Shown here piece after piece: positions 49,301 through 61,113 of a stretch of 64,000 nt of DNA. Position numbers and translations under genes: made by a program. The notes below the pieces were generated by a model. It worked only from the letters and a program-made list of their open reading frames with translations. It was not told the DNA's origin and made no database searches. This DNA is from Selaginella moellendorffii (lineage: Eukaryota > Plantae > Lycopodiophyta): the NCBI RefSeq assembly GCF_000143415.4, contig NW_003314346.1:377270-441269 (forward strand), read 5' to 3'. Each line of letters begins with the position of its first letter. Position 1 is the first letter of the stretch.

Positions 49301-52300
49301 TTCGCGCCTGCAACCTGTCGAAGAACCGGATCTAGCCCGTATTAGAATTGTGGAAGGGTTGCACCTCTGGCCGGCTCTAACGTCGTGGATGAGCAAGTTC
49401 TTAAACGCCTTCTGGGTTGGTATGGAGGAGCATGGCAAAGTGAAACCAGAGGATGCGAGCAACGTAGTAAAGGACTTCGTTGCTGCAAGAGTTCAGGCCG
49501 ACGCCGCGGCTGCAGCCGCTAAAGCTGCAAGAGAAGCCGAGGAGGCTACGAATCTCGCATTGGGAGAAACCGAGAAGGCAAAAGTCGGGTGTGATATTGC
49601 TAGCAAACAGCTGTACTTCGCCAAAGTTGGCGAGATCGAAGCGGCAGCAGTGCTTGAATCATTTCCCGCTGATCCTTTGGCTAAAGAGACTCTACGGGTG
49701 AAAGCAAGTACAATGGCTGGCCAGAAACTCAACGAGGCAGTAAAAGCTTTAAAGGAGATCCAAAACGCTCTGGAAGTTACTCAAAAGGCAGCTGCTCAGG
49801 CTCAAGAAGCAGCAACGAGAGCACAGGAAGCAGTCGGTGGGGCAGATGCTTGTTTTCAAGCAAAAGCCGATGCAGAAGCGGCAGCAGAAGCCGCAAAACA
49901 AGCCGCTTCGCGGGCCAGTGTTGCATCTCAAAAGGCTGGTTTTGCTTTTGAGGCTGCATCGTCTGACCTTGCCAAAGTGGAAAAACCAGAAGAAGCAGCT
50001 GCAAAGGGTAAACAACCGGAAGAAGCACAGGTAAGGCTAGACTTTTTTATTTGTCGATGTTGTATCTTACGTTTACTATGTCTGCAGGATGTTTCTTCAG
50101 GCGAAACAGCAGCTGCTGCTGAACCTGCTCCCGAATATCCAGAAATTGATCTAAGCACCGCAGGTTTTTGTTCGATTGTTCTCTTTGCCGTTTCTTATGT
50201 CTGTATTTGTGCTTTGCAGTTACCTTCCATTCAAGCTGGAAGCAAATAGAGTCCCTCTACTTCTCATGCCTTAAAAACCTCTTTCATAGCCTTAGAGTGG
50301 AACGTGTCAATGGACGTAATATCCTGCAGGAGGTATGTTTAGATGCGCACCACGGCTGTTCTTTTACAGGTTGCTGAAATTTGTGCAGATCAAAATGAAT
50401 TTTGGAGTGTTCTTGAAGAGGCCAGATAATAAACAAAAGACCTTCGATGATTTTCAGGTGACGCCCTTCACATGGCTGCATCCCAGTCAAAAGTAACTTC
50501 ACTTCTACTTCAGGCGAAGTATAACCGGATTGAAATCGACCAACGTCGTCAACCGAAGATGAAGCAGACTCTGAAGAAGACGGTGGACGACCTTGCAAAG
50601 CAACTTCGTACTATTTGTGACCAGAGGCTGAAGGTAAGCCTATAAATTTGAACTTGTGGTGTTTGTAAACACCAGTTTACAGGAAGCTCAAGAAAACTGC
50701 AAAAAAGTACTCGCTGATTGGATTGCGCAAAGAACGTCGTCGTGTATCTCTCTCTTCACCAATTTGATTCAAACAGAAGTGAGTTTTTGTCTAGATTCTC
50801 GTTCTAGCTTTTCGTACTTTTTCCTGGTAGATTGACACGCATCTGCAAACTTGTGCGTTTCTCCATGAAGTTTACTTCAGAAAGCCGAGCTCGGCTGTCA
50901 TGGAGACTTTTAATCCTGTGAGCAACCTCGTAGAAACCGCGCAGGTTCCTCCAAAGACTTTTCCTGTCCCCGGATGGATTCCGGGAGTCACTGCTTCTTC
51001 TCCTCAGATTTCTCAGGTATGTATTTTTCGTCGGGTTGCCTGCATTCTCTATAACTTCTCCCGGCTGTAGATTGTTACAAAAGCTCTCTTTTTAATCGAT
51101 GGAATAATAAAGGCAGCGACTGATCCTGAACTGGACAATCGGGCGAAGGCTGGAGGGAAGTCGAAGCCGCCTCCGGCAAAATCAAAACCCGGAGAAGGAG
51201 ATGGTCAATCACCTGGTCCATCGGCTATGTTGCGGGAACATGAAATTATTCAATCTCGGCTTCAGTTGCTTGGTATCACTGTCTTTTGGAACTTCCTTGC
51301 TGCTTGTCTGATATGATGAATTAAACTTTATTCTGTTTGATGGTTGGCAGTGCAGCAAGCAAGGCTTGCACATATATGGGGGAGTTGCAACCACTGGTTA
51401 ATGGTTCATCGGCACGCATGGAAAAGTGGATGAACGATTGCAACAAGGTGTGTCTATATTTTATTGTTCTGACTGATACCTGAAGGGATCTAATGTAATG
51501 CAGGTTGAATCTGAGATTGTTACGGAAGTCATTGAGCTTTCTAACGAGGCTGTCGAGGAAGCAATTCCTCTGTGGTACCAAATGAACTTAGATGGTGGAG
51601 AGCTTGTGATTAATGAGGAACATATGATGGTGGTAAGTTTCCTTAGGCTTATCATGCCATTCTAGACTTACTAAATCCTATCTAAATTGTCATTGAAGGA
51701 TCCTCCTCCACAATTGGCGGTGCAACCGGTGATTGACGTAAACAAATGGCACTTCAAGCTTCTTCGTAATCTTGTGGAAATTCTACGGACCATGTCGCTT
51801 GCAGGTACGTGCTGGAAAAATGTAATTTCGATCTCTTACTGTGCTTCATGCTTCCAGGTTACATAGAAACGGAAAAAGCTACATCAACTTTACTACAGGC
51901 GGTCCAAACCGCACATGCACAGGGAAGAGAAGACGTTGAGTTTGCTCAAGTTCCACACCTTCCAGCAACCAAGGGGAGACCATTTGGACCATTCCAGATC
52001 TGGCTGGACTACACGAACAATGTTATGAAAAAGGTTTTCCACAGACTAGGATTTTCCCGCGCAACCATCTCAACGTGACGTTCTGCAGGTTCCTCCGGCG
52101 AAAACTGAGGCCGAGACTGTACAGATATTAGACTGGAGAGCGTTGATAATGACGCTAGCGGATATACATTTCAATGATTGCATTTCTGCATCGAGTGTCG
52201 AGAATGTCAAGCAAGTCTGCAGCTGTGAGTGCCTTTTGTTATCCTCAGTAACGTACTCTAACGAGCTCTTGCTGCAGTGCTTGAAGAAACAAGCAAAAAT

Positions 52301-53441
52301 ACAGATGGTTTACTAAGCCTGGAGAGCTTTGTCAGCGTCCCATTCTGGTTTGATCAAGGTACTACACTGGCGACATACACCACAGAAACCGGATCACCGT
52401 GTACCATTTTGCAGCTGTTAATCAAGGAGCTGCTGACATTGGGACTGAGCTCAAGACGCTTGCCTATCAAATGCTTGTGCTCCCTCCGCTTCAGCCAGAA
52501 GCAGTAGAGGCGCCTCCAGAAGCTCCGGAGCCGGCAGCAAAAGCCCCTGAACCCACACCTACACCAGCAGCTGCCACGCCTCCCATTCCATGGCAGAGGC
52601 TGGCACTCTACTTCTGCAGGGACGCAGACAAGGAAAAGGCACTCTCGAAGGTGTTTCAAGTGCTTTTGGGCATGGGGTAAGAGGCTGGCCGTGTATGCTC
52701 TCTTGATTAACACCGCAAATCCTCGCTGCAGGTCGGATGTTCTAGAGCTGAGACCTGAACAGTTGCTGCAAGCGATCTACCACTTAAGCTTGGATGAAGC
52801 CTCGACATCCGGGTGCCTTGCCTGGGCTCCTCAAGACATCAGAGTGAGTGCCTTACGTAGTATCTACGACCATTTACCTTGTTTTCTTGTCTCAGGAACT
52901 CATACTGAAAATCAAGAGCGAGTTGGCACCTCAGGCCGTGGACGAAGGCGATGACGTTGATTCGGACGGAAGCCAGGGGAGCGGGAGGCTGTGCACAAGA
53001 AGCACGGTAGCGCAGCGAGGCTCTAACCTCAGCGAGCAGACGAACATCACAGTGCGAGACTTTGGCGTGCCGGAGAACGCCTCCCTCACCGAGGTTCTCA
53101 CCGAGGCATCGTCCATCAAGGGGGGCAGGGACGAGACGTGCTCGGAGCTGAGCGACCAGGCAGTGGAAACCATCCAGCAGTTCCTGGATGCGTTGAGCGC
53201 CACTCCGCGCGAGGAAGCGGCCGCAGGAACGAGCCCAGCGATCCTGCCGCCGGGAGAAGTGGTGGAGCGCCAAGTTTCGGTCAAGGAGATCTTGAGCGCG
53301 CAGTGCGCTGCAAACCTGTGCTCGATCTTACTGGAGAACTACTGCAGCAAGCAAATCCATGTCATGAACGTGAAGAAGGCGGACGAGAGCGAGAGCGAGG
53401 GCAGTAGGCCCAAGGAAGAATTCGCGCCCTTGGCGCCATAA
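46330..53441 (+). CDS. SPEF2: Sperm flagellar protein 2 / CPC1 central-pair protein with adenylate-kinase-like domain, many exons; start uncertain
   Basis: HREMCREVILQITSLAE..YRE.T..EWREWQTLFVKG, GFILDGFPNTAGQAAALEKALTG, LID-like KRVDSKTGLFYHLDYDPPP, long coiled coils. Confidence 0.8.
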
Positions 53442-54749
53442 TTTAAATTCAAACCCAAGCTCAGATATTAGGGTTCTTTTTCCTAGTGTCGTCTGAGCGA
53501 GTAAATTCAAATAGCATCGAATTTGGGAGTGACGAGCAGCGGCCAATCATGAGACATATGCGTTTCTCTCACGGATTCAAAAACAGGCGAGATCTGCCCA
53601 CTAGCAATGTGCTGATGTCAAGAAGATAAAGGCGAAGTACAACAAAGATAGGTGGAATAGTTGAGAAAAGTATCGAATTCCACCTCCAAGTAGTTTTTAT
53701 CTACAACACAGACGGGAAAGTGAATGGTGTGCGACAAATGATTTTGAAGTGTGGCGACAGGAATTTCACTGTGAAAGGCTCAGCAGGCAAGAGTCTGGCA
53801 TCACCCTGTTTGATTTCCTTATTTAACTGGTCGAGTGCTTGTCTGGACTTCTCAATGCCAAGCTTGCATATGTTGCTGGTTGAAGGCCTGATGCGTTGCC
53901 TGCATTTCGTCGACATGCATGGTGTTGAGGCTCAACAATCCGAGCATACAGGAGACGACACTTTCCTTCATCAGGAGCCACGTTGTCGCTCTGTGCTTCT
54001 GGCCATCCATATGTCCCTACCATCTGATTCATCTGCATGCGCCAGGCTCTACAGCTGCTAACATGCCTGCTTCCACACTCCTGGACCTAGAATGGCAGCT
54101 AGTGTCGCGCCTGCAGATCCTGCTTCATCGTCCGTGACTCAGGGTTTATAATGGAACGTGCCAAGAGAGATGGAGATGAATTGCACACAAGTGAACACAA
54201 GCCAATGCCTTGGGGAAGACCCCTAAGGTCTGTTCGACAGTGGAGAGTGGCAAAGAGTGAGAGATGATGTCCAACCCACACATCTAATATTTATTTCAAT
54301 TATACCAACTCATTCTATTGGTGATTTGTAATAGCACTATTGATTGTTCTGGGATTATGAGTGTCTAATTACCCACACTATACATAAAAAGAAGTATGAA
54401 ATAGGGTTATCTTAAACCAACACTTTTTTATGTACGTATACACTGTCCAATATCATAATCATTATATCAAACATTTGCTTTAAGATAATCTTACCATAAA
54501 TTTTTTTTCCAAACCTTATACTATGCTTCTCCGTCCATACTAAGATATATATACCAGTCATACTTTATATTAAACCTTATGATTAAGAAAACAAAATTAT
54601 CGGTTTTATATCAAAAACCATTAAACCATTAGAGTCTATCAATCTTGGCATAGACAATAGACCTCAATTTTTCTTACGACTTTAAGTGACTTACTCAAAG
54701 TAATGTATTGCTTGGAATTATGAAGATTTTAAATTTTAAAGGGCCGAAG

Positions 54750-54776
<27 letters not shown>
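54750..54776. repeat. (TA)n microsatellite
   Basis: Direct reading of the sequence. Confidence 0.9.
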
Positions 54777-54782
<6 letters not shown>

Positions 54783-54789
54783 TGAACTA

Positions 54790-56110
54790 AAAAATTCAAA
54801 ACGTTCTTATAAGATGAAGCCTACTTATGCTGCATAAGTTTTACATGTTGGATTTGAATTTATCCTATAGTGGTGCTAATTGGATATCATCAATAGTTAT
54901 TGTACCTAAGAAAATAGGAAAATTATATTTATGTGTAGATTTCAAGTGTTTAAATGAAGTAATTAAGTGTGAAGCATTTCCCTTACCATTTTCTGAAGAC
55001 TTACTTAATAGTGTAGCTGGTCACGAGATGTATTCTTTCCTTGACGCTTCTTGAAATATAATCAAATCCTTGTCAAACCAGCTGATCAACACAAATTGCA
55101 TTTTATTACACCATAGGGAGCATTTGTTTACATAATTATGCCTTTTGGCATGACAAATTTTCCATTAAAAAAACAATAGAAATATTTTATGATTACTTAC
55201 TTGACTTATAAAGGTTTTTATGGATGCCTGTAGAGTATATAGTGGTAAAAACAAACATTTACAATGCCTTGAAAAATCTTTAATACATTGTAGAGAATTT
55301 GGCTTAGGCTTAAATCCTGGAAAGTGTTCATTCTTTATGGAAGCATAGAGCATCGAAAATCAACAATTATGCCATCTTTAAAGATAATATAGCTTGGTAA
55401 CACTTTAGACTTAATCTCACAAACATTAACAAGTCTTGCACAAAGATATGACATGCAAATAGAATTAAATATGTCACTAAATTTATGATAAACTTATTCA
55501 CATGCTTAACAAAAGCATCTAGTCTTGTTCCACCAGACAGGTCCATTTAGAAGTGGACGCATTTGATACCCAAACTTACTAAACCATTCGCATAGTTTTT
55601 ACTGCTTCAAGAGTTTGAATTTAATATTATTCATAAGCTAGGTAGACAACATATTCAAGTAGATAACTTCACTATTAGTATCAGTATTCATGACAACTTA
55701 CCAGGTGCAACTTTTTTCAAGCTACACCAACTTGAGATTGGCAAAATATTTGTCAATTCTATTCCCACAAAAATATGCTACACTAGACCAACATAAGGCA
55801 TTTATTATACCATATACACCCATAGCAGACAATACAAAAGATGGACAAGAAAAAAGATGTTGCATACAAGCTTTAAACCAAAATGCAATATTGCAAGAAG
55901 CCTATGCACTTTGTGTGACATCACTGCATGAAAAATTTATCAAGCTAGCCTTAACACTTTTTAAGGATTATCACAACCTTTCCAAAGCTTGTGACCTAAG
56001 CAAATACAACCTTTTAATTCCATGTTACCTCTCATACCATTATCTCAAAATTGATACATACTTATTTACTTGACTATGCCACTAAATGGGTTGAGGTTGT
56101 CATTGCTTGC
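54790..56110 (+). mobile_element. Highly degraded Ty3/gypsy pol remnant (RT, RNase H/integrase traces)
   Basis: WISSIVIVPKK..LCVDFKCLN..FPLPF..YSFLD..YNQI..MPFG, LLQEFEFNIIH, DYATKWVE. AT-rich with many stops. Confidence 0.85.
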
Positions 56111-56141
56111 ACTCTTATTTGAACACAAATATTTATTATAA

Positions 56142-56711
56142 TGTAGAACCGAGTGAATATTCTATATTCTGCCACATCAGCAGTAGGTCGGCATTAGAAG
56201 TCAAGAAGTTCAAATGGATGTATGCAATCAACAAGAATAAAGATGACTGCCGTTAATATCACCAAGAGCCCAAGTTATGGCAAAATGGTGATGAGAGGCT
56301 GTGCCATCTACAACAGGCGAGAGAGTAGCTCAAGAATAAGAACCATCGACACTGTACTGCAAAACTAGACTTCAGTAGTTCTTAGGTGGGTGTTAAGTTT
56401 GCCCAATTTTCACTGGTGCACTGCCCCAACTGTTGCAGCGAACAACACAGGCAGAATTCCAGGTCCAATGAAAACCTAACACCCACTGGAGTTTGGTTTT
56501 AGCAACCCTGTTGCTGATGGTTTTTGTTCTTGTGCTGCTCTTTTGCCTCCTGTCAACCAACGGCATAGCCTCTCATTGATACACCTTAACATTGCCGTAG
56601 CTCGGGCACATTTCCTCTTGGTGATCTTAACAGCATGCATCATTATTTTTGTTGATTGTGTACGCCTACTGCTGACGTGGCAGAATATAGAATATTCTCT
56701 TGGTTTACACT
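56142..56711. mobile_element. Foldback / long-TIR non-autonomous DNA element
   Basis: Termini 56142-56187 and 56665-56711 are near-perfect inverted repeats. Imperfect complementarity continues to about 56400/56470. TAA on both flanks. Confidence 0.8.
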
Positions 56712-57014
56712 TAACCTCAAATTTTCATTAACCCAAAAGATCAAGCTTTACCTTACACTTTAATCCATTCCCTTCACACACCATCACTGTTAACTTTGTG
56801 CGACAGAGAAGGATACCAGGCCTGGTGAGATTAACATCCATCCATTTTCTTCACACACCTAACCTTAAGCCTCAAGCTTAAGCTTAACAAGTCCACTAAA
56901 TCTTATTCTATCCTCTAAAAATTCTTCTTTCCAGGATTCCACCTTCGAGTGTTCTATGGAAGCTTAGGGTATGCCAAAAGGGAACAGTGGTGAATAACTT
57001 AAGTGCCTTGTTTG

Positions 57015-57405
57015 TCACATGGTTTCTTTAGGAACAATGGCACTCCAATTTCAAATCCAAGGCCAAAGCAACTTCACCACCTTCACCACCACTGGATGTA
57101 CTCACGACTCTACAATTCCAGGTGTTCCTTGACGTTTATGGCTTCCCCTAAGTCCATGGAAGCAATTGTCAAGTCATCACATCTTGTCATCTCTCAAAGG
57201 CCATCCCATTCATTTTGGACTTAAACTCTTGTTATGACAAAGATGTGATGACACAATTGCTGGAACTTAGCCATCACGATGCTTGAAGGTGTAATCGTCA
57301 AGGCTTGGAAATGTAGAGTTGTGAGTCCATCTATTAGTTACTTTGGCCTTAAGGGATTCAAAATTCGAGTATCGAGCACAAGTTTCATTAGTTCCACTAT
57401 GTGAC
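57015..57405. repeat. Second imperfect long inverted repeat
   Basis: Reverse complement of about 57040-57195 aligns with about 57233-57370 (ATGACAA(A)GATGTGATGAC..CAATTGCT..CGTCAAGG..TGGAA.TGTAGAGT.GTGAGT.CATC..CTTTGGCCTT..GGATT..AAATT.GAGT). Confidence 0.75.
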
Positions 57406-57741
57406 TTAGAAGAAGCGCAAACTTCTGTATAGTGCCTATTGCCGTTTCAGAATCTAGTAAGGGCTCTGCCTTCCTGGGAGTGAATGAAACAAGGCCTTGC
57501 TCCTCTAGCATGTCTCAACTCACTACAATCCTGCTATCAATTCCCCATCCCTGTCCACTTCAGTCTTCAAAATAGAAACCTTGGTAAACCCGAAGTTTCG
57601 TTGATAATTGTTATATTGCCATTCTGAAAAAACTGTGGGATATCCCTTAGATCTCCGCTAACTCCGCTAGACTCTATCAAGTGCTCTGCTGTGTATGATG
57701 CTCACCACCCAACTGTAAAAAACACTGTGGCTTGACCACCG

Positions 57742-57929
57742 AGCCTCTGATACTAATGTAAAACATGTGGGATCCAAGGCAAGCAGGTTCTCCGTAGTAC
57801 CAAACAGATAAGTCCTGGACCCGCTCCCATAGTTCCCACCCATGAATACATGTTTCATCCCTAGTACAGCATCCCATTCTACTCAATAACCTAAGTTGAT
57901 GCAGAGTTCAAGATCCGAATTAATTTACA
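57742..57929 (-). mobile_element. Probable orphan LTR (57757-57929) with degenerate tRNA-iMet PBS
   Basis: TGTAAA...TTTACA termini, 173 bp. Preceded by CTCTGATACTAA, resembling the GCTCTGATACCA iMet PBS complement. Confidence 0.55.
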
Positions 57930-58105
57930 GAACCACCACTTGCACAGAAGAATCTGGATAACCTCTATGAGGCATGGGGACAGCAAAATGCTTGCTCATT
58001 GGAAGTCAACTTCAAGTCGCATGCATTGTAGTTTGTTGTTGCTACAGTCACGAAAGGAAATTTTTTTCGCACCTTTTCACATGATGGCTCGAATGCTAAC
58101 AGCAA

Positions 58106-58236
58106 GGCAGTGGAAACCAGAGAAGAAGTGGTGGAGCGCCAGGGAGATCTTGAGCGCACAGTGCGCTGCAAACTTGGACGAGCTTGGCGCCATAGTTTGA
58201 ATTTAAACCCCAATTAAAAAGACATTAGGGTTCTTG
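58106..58236 (+). repeat. Deleted duplicate of the SPEF2 3' end and downstream flank (about 53159-53480)
   Basis: Shared blocks GCAGTGGAAACCA, AGAAGTGGTGGAGCGCCA, GGAGATCTTGAGCGC.CAGTGCGCTGCAAAC, TTGGCGCCATA.TTT.AATT.AAACCC, ATTAGGGTTCTT. Confidence 0.88.
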
Positions 58237-58758
58237 AGCTCTCTAGGGCTTTCGTCCTCTACGCCAGGTATGTGATTTCATGATCGCGGCAGGCAGAGCG
58301 CTGCCCTGCACGTTGCATTTACATCCTCCTCCTCTGAATCTAAACCTAGGCCGTTTCCCCTCTCTTTCGCTCATCAATGCGCCGTACCGTTTCCTACCTG
58401 AGAAAAGAGATCCAAATCCAGCCTTGAGTGCCTTGGTTTCGCTCTGGATGCTGGGATTTCTCGTGAATAGGGTAATAGTGGTGATGTTTCCTTTTCCTTC
58501 CTTTGTCAGCCAGGCGATGGCCCTTCTTGCTTGCCTTGGAGGGAGGGCTTTTTGGGCTTAGTTTAATCCAATGCAGGTGTTGTGTGTAGCAGGGCATGCC
58601 TGTCAGTCCCCACTGGCTAGGCCCAGTTATCCGCAAAAACCTTTGCTTGCTTGCTCGCTCCATTTCTTCCTTGATCATGCTAGGCTAGTCGTAGATTTCA
58701 ATCAACCAGAGCGTGCGAGCGAGCAGAGCTTGCGCGTCGAGTTGGGTCAATTGGTCCC

Positions 58759-60123
58759 ATGTCCCGAGTGGTTCCCATGGCTTCTTACAAGCACCATCTC
58801 TCCAGGCAATGCATTGCCAGAGAGCAGCAAAGAGATCGGCCGAGCGTCAGGTGTGCCAATTTCGTGTGCTTGATTGGGTTGCTTGCGTTGGGCATTCTCG
58901 CAATCAGCTTGTCCTCGCTCAGGGTCGTGCTAGGCTATCCGCATCGCCACAAGCTGCAGCGCAGTGGCAGGCTAGATCCCCAGGAATTGAATAGAACCTT
59001 GTTTTTGCAGTCGATCCAGGATCCTTGGACGCCGGAGGAGCTTCACAGGCTCAACCTCTTGCTGGAAGGCGATGGCGATGTGGTAAATCTGGAGCTTGTG
59101 AGGCGGCGGTGGCAGCGTGACATTCCAGAGGCGGCCTCGAGAGCCAGAGCCGCCAGAGCAGCAAGCATCGATGTGGATTCGTACTACCGTCACGACCACC
59201 GTCCCAACTCGGGCTATAGACGGATCTCGGCTAGAGGGTCCAGGTTGCCGGTGGAGCTCACTCATCCTCGATACTCCACGCGTTGGGCGGAAGCGTCTCA
59301 AGCTCTACGCTCGTGGCTGAGGAAGAAGAGGTATGATCCCAGTGTCATGAACGAGCTGGTGGATCAAGTGAGTGCTCCTATCGTCAAGGTTCTCAATTCA
59401 TCAGCAACAGGCTCTAGCGGGCGATTCCGGCAGTGTGCTGTGGTTGGAAACAGCGGCATCCTTCTCAACACCAGGTATGGATCTTTCATCGACAGCCACG
59501 AAGCAGTGTTGAGGCTCAACAATGCCAGAGTCACAGGTTTCGAGCAGCACGTTGGATCAAAGACGACGCTCTCCTTCATCAACAGCAACGTTCTAGCTCT
59601 GTGCTCTCGACGTCCGGGTTGCAATTGCCATCCATATGGATCCAGCGTCGCCACCGTCGTCTATATGTGCCAGGCTCTACACTTCGTCCACCTCAAGCTC
59701 TGTGGCTCTCTCATGACCGATATGCCGCTGCTCGTCACTGATCCCAGATTCGATGCTCTGTGCATGAGAATTGTCAAGTACTACTCGCTCAAGAAGTTCT
59801 TCCAGAGCTCCGGCGCTGCTGCTTCGGCCAGCGACTCGATCGAGCACTGGAAACGCATGCACGACGGCTCATTCTTCCACTACTCGTCTGGGATGCAAGC
59901 GGTGATGCTTGCGCTGGGGATATGCGACAGTGTGAATATTTTCGGATTCGGGAAAGCTGCCACCGCCAAACATCACTATCACACAAACCAGAGAGGAGAG
60001 CTCAACCTTCACGACTACGCGGCAGAGTATACACTCTACCAGGATCTCGCCAACAACAAGTCCAATCCTTTTCTAGACGAGGCCTCTGGATTCAAGTTAC
60101 CGGCCGTCAGGGTTTTCACATAG
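58759..60123 (+). CDS. GALT29A: GT29 sialyltransferase-like protein / beta-1,6-galactosyltransferase GALT29A-like
   Basis: Type II TM. Sialylmotif L CAVVGNSGILL..IDSH..V.RLNNA..VGSKT, motif S YSSGMQAVMLALGICD.V.IFGFG, HHYH, and VS-like HDYAAE. Confidence 0.92.
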   Translation: MSRVVPMASYKHHLSRQCIAREQQRDRPSVRCANFVCLIGLLALGILAISLSSLRVVLGYPHRHKLQRSGRLDPQELNRTLFLQSIQDPWTPEELHRLNLLLEGDGDVVNLELVRRRWQRDIPEAASRARAARAASIDVDSYYRHDHRPNSGYRRISARGSRLPVELTHPRYSTRWAEASQALRSWLRKKRYDPSVMNELVDQVSAPIVKVLNSSATGSSGRFRQCAVVGNSGILLNTRYGSFIDSHEAVLRLNNARVTGFEQHVGSKTTLSFINSNVLALCSRRPGCNCHPYGSSVATVVYMCQALHFVHLKLCGSLMTDMPLLVTDPRFDALCMRIVKYYSLKKFFQSSGAAASASDSIEHWKRMHDGSFFHYSSGMQAVMLALGICDSVNIFGFGKAATAKHHYHTNQRGELNLHDYAAEYTLYQDLANNKSNPFLDEASGFKLPAVRVFT

Positions 60124-60210
60124 ATAGATAGAGTCGAGTCACCAGGTTCCGGTAGCCTTCTTTCTACGAGAGGAAGGAAGTGAAAGGTAAAGGTCGGGCG
60201 GAGGCTGGAA

Positions 60211-60888
60211 ATGCAGGCAAAGCAGTGGTGGCAGGTCTTGGGCTTAGCGGTGCTCCTACTCTTTCTCTGCAAGATGTCCGTCATGGTGTTGGACAAAGAG
60301 CTCCACCAGCAACACTTTAGCATTGGCAGCGATACAGATGCAAGCCTGGCGAGGCTCTCCAGAAACCCAAGTCAAGACAAGCGAGGATGGCTGCTCGATC
60401 CTCTCAAAGCTGCTGCTCAAGCCGGCCTCTCAGGTAGGCTACTATAGGAATAATGGTGTGTGTGTAGCTTACTTTCATTCTTTCCCAGGTGGAGCGATTG
60501 AATGCACAGCAGTTCACGCAGGAGAGATACAAGTAGGGGCCGTTCGTGCCAATCATCGGCATCACTTTTGCAACGAGACGTTTCTCCTGTGGAATGCTCG
60601 AGCGTTGTTTCGTGTAAGTTTTGTGCGATCGATCTTATAAACCCGGTTGGAGCTGATATAACTTATCTTTCTCTTTTTCTTTCTCTTCCACAGCTGGAGA
60701 ACGCATTCATGGACAATGGATATGCGCAGGCTGTTGTTGAGGCTGGCGAGGTATCAATCGCCGCTGCGCCGGCTGGCCGGGCACATGCTTTGGCAAATAT
60801 TGACAGGCACAAGACGCTCTTTTTTTTGGCGTGTCAAGACAACCCCGAGAATCCAATGACAGACTTTCGGATATGGGACGATCTGTGA
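60211..60888 (+). CDS. Membrane-anchored cupin (RmlC-like) protein, 3 exons
   Basis: N-terminal TM. Cupin-like His motifs VRANHRHHFCNETF and GRAHALAN. Canonical introns. Confidence 0.78.
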
Positions 60889-61113
60889 CGAAATGAAAAA
60901 GCCCAAGACAAAAACTCTCTTGGCTCTCGGTCTTATTTTTTATAGGATGAAGCAAGAATCGTCGGTGGCGTCTCTCCGTGGCCGCGGCTTCAAGAATTGT
61001 GACACCACAACCCGAGAGAAAGAAATTCTTCTCTTTCTTTTCTTCTACTAAGGAGATGGATGGATCGTTTTCGGTAATAGAGCTTGGGGTAATCAATCGA
61101 ATCGGGTCGGCGA

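Noticed and set aside
54790-57929. One intact retroelement joining the pol remnant and the LTR at 57757
   Set aside because: The pol remnant is on the plus strand while the PBS/LTR is minus-oriented, and no partner LTR was found.
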